From Deltaproteobacteria bacterium (lineage in GTDB: Bacteria > Myxococcota > Kuafuiibacteriia > Kuafuiibacteriales > Kuafuiibacteriaceae), in NCBI GenBank assembly GCA_040218735.1, contig JAVJQW010000050.1:224001-288000 (forward strand): DNA of 64,000 nt, written 5' to 3'. The notes under the pieces were generated by a model. The model did not search any database. It saw only the letters and a list, made by a program, of their open reading frames with translations, and had not been told where the DNA came from. Shown in pieces: positions 58,670 to 64,000 of this stretch. Every line of letters starts with the position of its first letter. Position 1 is the stretch's first letter. A program made the position numbers and the translations under genes.

Positions 58670-59395
58670 TCAGCCCCAGCCGATGTCCCGGCCGCGACCC
58701 TGACCGAACATCCCTCCGAAGGGCATCCGGCTCGGCATCTGTGACAGGTGCGGCGCGCGTTGCGCGACGCGACGCGGCCGAGGTGCCGTCTCCTCCTTCG
58801 GGGCACGTTCGATGACGACACCCCCGAACCCACCTTCGGGGTGGAGATCCACGAGCAGCGCCCGCACCGGGTACTCCGTCTCGATGCGCGAAAGCACCCG
58901 CGCCCAGTCGGCCCGCACCGCGTCGGGGCCGCGCCGCAGGTGCACGCCGCCGGTGAGGACCACGCGTGCGTCGTCGCGACTCCAGTCCACGACGCGCATG
59001 ACCTCCTTCGCGAGGTGCTCGATGCCGCGCCGGTCGTCGGGGAGGCCGCCGCAGGTTTGCGCGGAGCCGGAGCAGTTGCAGATGCCCTTGCCGAGGTAGA
59101 CGCCGCTCATGCTCCCGTCCGCGAACGGGAACGGCGCGTTGTTGTCCATGACCACGTCCTGCTGGTCGCGGAAGAACAGATCGGCGCGCAGGGCGTTCCG
59201 CGGATACTTCCGCCGCCCCAAGAAGTCCTGGCTGGGCTCGGGCCCCGCGCTGAGGACGAGGAGCTGGCCCTCCTGCGAGAAGTGCTTGAAATTCCCGTGG
59301 ATCGCCTCCCAAGGGCCGCGGGCCGGGTGGACCTGAACCGGGAAGCGAGGAGCGGTCGGCCCTCCATATTGTGGGCCTACGCCTACAGTGCGCAC
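58670..59395 (-). CDS. Hypothetical protein, possible methyltransferase-like fold; start uncertain
   Basis: PFPFADGSMSGVY resembles a class I SAM-MTase segment; GICNC...TCGG Cys cluster. Confidence 0.5.
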   Translation of the reverse strand: MRTVGVGPQYGGPTAPRFPVQVHPARGPWEAIHGNFKHFSQEGQLLVLSAGPEPSQDFLGRRKYPRNALRADLFFRDQQDVVMDNNAPFPFADGSMSGVYLGKGICNCSGSAQTCGGLPDDRRGIEHLAKEVMRVVDWSRDDARVVLTGGVHLRRGPDAVRADWARVLSRIETEYPVRALLVDLHPEGGFGGVVIERAPKEETAPRPRRVAQRAPHLSQMPSRMPFGGMFGQGRGRDIGWG

Positions 59396-59483
59396 ACCTC
59401 TTTATCGCGGCGCGCGGACCTGGGTTGTGCGATTCGAACGTCCAGGTTCGGCCCCGGGGGAGGCCGAATGACCCAACCGCCGG

Positions 59484-60785
59484 TCAGATCATGACGCTGG
59501 CGTCGTCGATCGAGATCTCGCCGGTCAGCTGACCGCGTTTCTTGAGGCGGTCGTCGCTCATCGCGTCGAGCGCTTCGCGGACCTCGGGGTGCGACGCGAG
59601 CATCTGCTGGAAGTCCTCCTTCGGGAGGAACAGCACCTCGCCCACGGATGTCGCGGTAACCGTCGCGTTGGTCGGCTGCGCACGCAACAGCGAGATCTCA
59701 CCGAACACGTCGCCGCCGCGCAGCCGCGCGAGCTCGGTGACCCCGGCGCCTTCCTTCGTCGTGACGCGGTGCTCACCGCGGAGGATCAGGTACAGGCCGC
59801 GCCCGGCTTCGCCCTCTTCGATGAGGATGTCGTCCGGGAACACCTTCTGCGGCTTGAACTTGGACATCAGCGCGCGCCGGTCCGGCTTCGACAGCGGACG
59901 GAACAACGCGCTGGTCGCCGCGAGGTTCGCGAGGAAGCGTCCGCGCGTGAACTTCTTCAGCGCGAGCTTCACGCTCTCGAGCTCTCCCGCGTGCTCCTCG
60001 AGATCACGACGCGACAGCTCCAGCAGATCCACGTCGCCCTGCGCGACCACCGTCGCGGCGCGCGGCGCGTTCGACACCAACGCCATCTCGCCGAACACCG
60101 CGCCCTGGTGCAGGTGCGCGAGGACGGTGTCCTGCCCCTTCACCTTCTTCGAGACGATCACCACGCCGTCGGCGAGCATGAAGAACGAGTCGCCCGCCTC
60201 CCCTTCCGTGATGATGTGCTCGCCGTTGGTGTGGCGCTTCAGGCGCAGGCTCCCGAGCACACGGATGAACGCGTCCTCGGCGAGGTGCGAGAAGAGCGGG
60301 ATCAGCGGGAAGCGCGCGGGCACCTCCGTGATCGCGTCGGTGTCGGCCGCGATCTTCGCCGCGGTCTCGAGCAGCGAGGGCGCTTCGATCGGCGGGATGT
60401 GCGGCGCCGGCGCGCCGTCCGGGAGCGGCAGCGGCTCCGGAAGGTCGATGTCCCCGACGCGGTCCGACTCCGACGAGTACAGCTCCGCGAGGATGTAGAG
60501 CAGGTCGTCGTAGGACGGGTCGAGCGCGAGCACCATCTTGCAGACCACCAACCCGAGGAGCGGATAGCCGGCCTTGATGTAGTGCCAGGCGAGGCCCTTG
60601 TAGACCTCCTTCGCCCGCTCCTTGTCGCCGAGGTTCAGCAGCGTATCCGCGACGCGGTACCGCGCACGCGTGAACTTCGGCGCGACCTGGATGACCGCGA
60701 GGTACTCACGCAGCGCGTCCTCGTAGCGTCCGGCCGAGAACATGGACTCGGCGCTTGCGTACAGCTCCGGGAGGGTCGTCGCCAT
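59484..60785 (-). CDS. TPR + two cyclic nucleotide-binding domains
   Basis: N-terminal TPR; IPLFSHL, EGEAGDSFF, FGEMALVSNAPRAATV; second domain FGEISLLRAQPTNATV. Confidence 0.92.
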   Translation of the reverse strand: MATTLPELYASAESMFSAGRYEDALREYLAVIQVAPKFTRARYRVADTLLNLGDKERAKEVYKGLAWHYIKAGYPLLGLVVCKMVLALDPSYDDLLYILAELYSSESDRVGDIDLPEPLPLPDGAPAPHIPPIEAPSLLETAAKIAADTDAITEVPARFPLIPLFSHLAEDAFIRVLGSLRLKRHTNGEHIITEGEAGDSFFMLADGVVIVSKKVKGQDTVLAHLHQGAVFGEMALVSNAPRAATVVAQGDVDLLELSRRDLEEHAGELESVKLALKKFTRGRFLANLAATSALFRPLSKPDRRALMSKFKPQKVFPDDILIEEGEAGRGLYLILRGEHRVTTKEGAGVTELARLRGGDVFGEISLLRAQPTNATVTATSVGEVLFLPKEDFQQMLASHPEVREALDAMSDDRLKKRGQLTGEISIDDASVMI

Positions 60786-60802
60786 CGCGACGGACTATAG
60801 AT

Positions 60803-61441
60803 CTAGCTCGTAGCGCCGTACACCCGCGTCAGAAGCTCTTCGATCACCTCGTCTTCGACCAGGTGCGGCTGCACCGGGCGTCGCACGGACGTCATCAGGA
60901 GGATCAGCTTCGGCACGGTCACGCGACTCGTCGCGATGAATGCGGTCTCGTCCGACACGAACACCACCACCGCGCGCTCCCGACGCGCGAGGTGTTCGTC
61001 GAGGGTCTTCGCGTCCTCGACGCACAGGTTCAGCGTCGCGAACTCCCGCGCGACCGCGCGTTTGTACGGGGTCGACGGCAGCTCCGACGTCTCGAGCGGG
61101 TCCTTGCCGAGCGACTCGATCTCGTCCTCGACGCGGCGCAGCTCCATCAAGAGGCGCGGCACGTCCTCCCGCCCCGGCGACGGCTTGAACGCGTCTTCGC
61201 GCACGAACGCGTGCGCGCGCCCGCGGCGCCCGCCGCCCAACGCGAGCTCGCCGATGCGCGCTTCGCTCCCCGCCTCCAGGCTCACCGTGTCGCCGACGGA
61301 CACCGTCGTCCCCACCGCGAGCGGCACCGCCGCCTTCTGCGACTGCGGGACGAGGTGCCCGCGGCCGACGAGATCCACGACCACCACCGGCTCCGCGATC
61401 CGGTGCAGGTCGACGATCGACGTGTCCGGTCGTCCGGTCAT
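60803..61441 (-). CDS. Hypothetical protein
   Basis: ATG 61441 overlaps the HEAT gene stop (ATGA); in-operon spacing. Confidence 0.65.
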   Translation of the reverse strand: MTGRPDTSIVDLHRIAEPVVVVDLVGRGHLVPQSQKAAVPLAVGTTVSVGDTVSLEAGSEARIGELALGGGRRGRAHAFVREDAFKPSPGREDVPRLLMELRRVEDEIESLGKDPLETSELPSTPYKRAVAREFATLNLCVEDAKTLDEHLARRERAVVVFVSDETAFIATSRVTVPKLILLMTSVRRPVQPHLVEDEVIEELLTRVYGATS

Positions 61442-63081
61442 TCGAGCCACCCCATCGTCACCAGCTTGTTCTTCGCCATGCGGCGCAGCTTGGTGTCCTT
61501 CTCCCCTTCGGCGATCGCCATGAGGATGTCGCCGCCGAGCCCCTGCCCGGCGGAGTCGCCCTCCGCGAGCGAGAAGCCGAGGTAATACAGCTCCTCCTCG
61601 CCGAGGATCGGCTCCTGCTGCAGACGCTCGAGCAGCGGGAAGTCACGCACCTCGAGCAGACGCGCGAACGTCGTCAGGCAGGGGTCCGACTTCTTGCCGC
61701 GCGAGATCACGCGCCGCGACGACTTGAGCTCACAGACACCGAGCTGGAACCGCGCCTCCGCGTCGTCCTTCGACCGGACGATGCGCTTGAACAGCTCCGT
61801 CGCGTCGCCGTACTGGCCGCGCTTCTTCAGCTTCGACGCGCGGTCGAACAGCGTCTCGTTCACCCGCCCCGCGCTCTCGCCACCCACCTGCTTCAGCAGA
61901 TCGATGATCACCGGGGACACGTTCTCGTCCGCGTCGATCACCGCCTCTTCCAAGAACGCGAGCGTCGGCGGCATCAGCTCCGTCGCGCGGGTCTTGAGCC
62001 CGTTTGCAACCTGCCTTGCCTTGTCGCCGTCCGTCATCGCCGCGAGGGTCTTCGTCAACGCGGTGCGCCCGTTCGGCGTGGTGAGCGCGGCCTCCAACGC
62101 GAGCTCGCGGTCCGTCGGGTCGCCGTTCGCCACGACCTCGCCGAGCACCTTCGCGGCCGGCGCCATGTCCACGCCGCCGAGCGCCCGAATCGCGAACCGC
62201 CGCACTGGTGTCCGCTCGCTGGAAGTCAGCTTGCGCACGCGCGGCTCCAGCGCGATCGGGAGCCCCATGTGCACGAGGGTGTCCGCCGCGGGCCCGAGGA
62301 TCGCGGTGGGGGTGTCGTCCGACTCGATCACGCCGAGCAGCGTCTCGTACGCCCGCTCCGAGGTCTTGCGACCCTGCACGATGCCGCGCAGCAGCTCGAG
62401 CGCACGGATGCGCGCGTCGTCCGAGAGCGGCGCCGCCGCGATCCGCACCAGCGGCGCTGCGCTCGCCTCGTGTTTCACCACCCCGATCAGCTCCGCGAGC
62501 GTGATCGCGAGGTCCTCGTTGTCGGCGAGCTCCGTCTCCGCGACACGGCCGAGTCGATCCACCGCCGACTGCGCGTCACTCGCGTCGAGCGCCTCGAGGA
62601 TCGGCGTGAGCGCGCGGCGCGCGGCGTCGAGGATCGCGCCGGTGCCCGTGGGCAGCTCGCCGATGATCTTCTCCTGCGCGGCCCGCGTGCCCATCGCACC
62701 GAGCACCGCGATGGCGCCGATCTTCTGCTTCTCGTCGCGGGCGAGCATCGTCGCGACGTCGTCTTCCGTGACGCCCCGCCCGGACGCGAGGACCTGCTTC
62801 GCCTTCTCGCGGACGTTTTTGTTCGGGTCCTCGAGGAGCGGGCGCAGGTCGTCGACGATCGAGCGCGGTGCGATCTCCCCGATCGCCTCCGCGGCCGCCG
62901 CGCGGAGCTTGGCGTCCTCTTTGTTGCGCGTCGCGCGACGTAACCCGTCGAGCACGCGAGTCTCGTCGATCGCGAGCACGCCGAGCACGATCGCCGCCGC
63001 GGTGCGACGGTCACTGGCGCTGTCGTCGAGCAGCGCGAGGATCTTGTCGACGTGGTCCTTCGATTTCTTGCCGCTGGCCAT
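61438..63081 (-). CDS. HEAT-repeat protein with C-terminal TPR
   Basis: LRAAAAEAIGEI, VREKAKQVL, VRRFAIRALG repeats; EARFQLGVC. Confidence 0.85.
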   Translation of the reverse strand: MASGKKSKDHVDKILALLDDSASDRRTAAAIVLGVLAIDETRVLDGLRRATRNKEDAKLRAAAAEAIGEIAPRSIVDDLRPLLEDPNKNVREKAKQVLASGRGVTEDDVATMLARDEKQKIGAIAVLGAMGTRAAQEKIIGELPTGTGAILDAARRALTPILEALDASDAQSAVDRLGRVAETELADNEDLAITLAELIGVVKHEASAAPLVRIAAAPLSDDARIRALELLRGIVQGRKTSERAYETLLGVIESDDTPTAILGPAADTLVHMGLPIALEPRVRKLTSSERTPVRRFAIRALGGVDMAPAAKVLGEVVANGDPTDRELALEAALTTPNGRTALTKTLAAMTDGDKARQVANGLKTRATELMPPTLAFLEEAVIDADENVSPVIIDLLKQVGGESAGRVNETLFDRASKLKKRGQYGDATELFKRIVRSKDDAEARFQLGVCELKSSRRVISRGKKSDPCLTTFARLLEVRDFPLLERLQQEPILGEEELYYLGFSLAEGDSAGQGLGGDILMAIAEGEKDTKLRRMAKNKLVTMGWLE

Positions 63082-63090
63082 GGTTCGTCC

Positions 63091-63393
63091 TCACGCGATG
63101 AGCGGTTCGCCGATCTCTTCGAGATAGGTCCAGGTGTAGATGCCGGTGTCGTGTCCGTCCGAGAACGCGAAGCGCAACGCGTACGTCCCGGACTCGGCGA
63201 TGTTCGTGACCACCACCCCCGACACGTTGGGCGGCTCCACCTCCCCCGGCGCGTGCCCACGGCACCCCGCGCACGGGCAGGCGTTCCTAAGATCGTCGTA
63301 CACGTAGGCGCGACCGGAGTCGTCGTCCCACTTGATCGTCACGCGTCCGTTGTCGCGATCGTTCTTCACCTCGACGGGTGTCTTGCTGCTCAT
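63091..63393 (-). CDS. DUF971 / GBBH-like N-terminal domain protein
   Basis: IKWDD, LRNACPCAGC, GTYALRFAFSDGHDTGIYTW; ATG 63393 overlaps the upstream stop. Confidence 0.9.
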   Translation of the reverse strand: MSSKTPVEVKNDRDNGRVTIKWDDDSGRAYVYDDLRNACPCAGCRGHAPGEVEPPNVSGVVVTNIAESGTYALRFAFSDGHDTGIYTWTYLEEIGEPLIA

Positions 63394-64000
63394 CGCTCGT
63401 TGGCCTCGATCTTCTCGAGGATCCGCTGCTGCGCCTCGAGCTTGTCCTGCATTTGCTTCGCCGCCTTCTTGGCGTCGTCGATCATCGCGGTGGGGCTCGA
63501 CAGCTTCGTGTCGCCCAGACCCGCCACGCGCCGGATCCACGCGAAGTACGATCCGGCGACGAACGCGACGATCAGGAGCACGAGCCCGATCTTCGCGAGC
63601 ACACGCCCCGTTCGGCGCATCACGGAGAGCACGAAGACGAAGACCAGCGTGAGCCCGACCCCGAACATCATCGATGGGATGTCGAGGTCCTTCACGAAGG
63701 GGACGACGTCGCCGACTTCGCGCTGCGCTTGTTTCGCCTTCGCGAGCCCGCCCTTCTTCGCCGCGACCGCCTTCTTCTTGAGCTCGGCCACGACCTTCGC
63801 GGCGTCCTTTTCGTCGATCTTCTTCGCGACCTTCCGAAACTTCGCCGGGATCGCTTCGAGGGAGTCGGCGATCAGCGTGTGGCCGTCGCCGTCTTCGAAG
63901 GAGAACAGGTCGAGCCGCGAGCCCTTCGCTTCGACCTTCTCCGCCTCGGATCGATACGCCTTCGGCACCGCTTCGAGACGGTCGACGATGTGGACGTGCC
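63390..64000 (-). CDS. Membrane protein with DUF4124-like N-terminal motifs (partial, runs off the right edge)
   Basis: Frame open to the edge; duplicated motif HVHIVDRLEAVPKAYR / GHTLIADSLEAIPAKFR; two TM helices; C-terminal coiled coil. Confidence 0.7.
   Translation of the reverse strand, partial: HVHIVDRLEAVPKAYRSEAEKVEAKGSRLDLFSFEDGDGHTLIADSLEAIPAKFRKVAKKIDEKDAAKVVAELKKKAVAAKKGGLAKAKQAQREVGDVVPFVKDLDIPSMMFGVGLTLVFVFVLSVMRRTGRVLAKIGLVLLIVAFVAGSYFAWIRRVAGLGDTKLSSPTAMIDDAKKAAKQMQDKLEAQQRILEKIEANER

Noticed and set aside
59396-59483. GTTCGAATC on the minus strand suggesting a tRNA T-loop
   Set aside because: The flanks do not form a T-stem, acceptor stem or anticodon arm; only generic hairpins are present.

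Overview
High-GC (roughly 68-70% by eye), gene-dense chromosomal window, most likely from a Myxococcota bacterium. The assignment rests on an aglRQS-type motor triplet, a PilT paralogue, a Ser/Thr kinase, many Cys-rich lipoproteins with RDGG linkers, and a tandem ArsA pair. About 50 CDS can be supported. I found no rRNA, tRNA, CRISPR array, transposase, integrase or phage gene. Main blocks from left to right: a partial multiheme cytochrome missed by the ORF track; an orphan ftsE; a large Ig/PPC-repeat lipoprotein; a Vibrio TonB2-like (ttpB-ttpC-exbB-exbD-tonB-ttpD) operon with a TonB-dependent receptor and a fasciclin lipoprotein; a two-component pair; pilT; aglRQS; a YfiR / hybrid kinase / TonB receptor / 5'-nucleotidase C-domain operon; a membrane MutS-like gene; an OPT transporter; a CNNM protein and a dipeptidase; biotin carboxylase and BCCP; an ArsA pair; a diguanylate cyclase; and a cNMP/HEAT/DUF971 operon. 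Best novelty candidates: (1) an exported lipoprotein of five tandem group I truncated globins with an apolar/Cys distal pocket and DxDxDG loops inserted in the globin fold (40859-43147); (2) a DUF4781-like protein with a Fido-like C-terminus, translationally coupled to a double Zn-finger gene, a candidate toxin/partner pair (49542-53101); (3) a possible trans-envelope nucleotide-sensing module (27540-33423). All family assignments come from motif recognition by eye; no database search was run.
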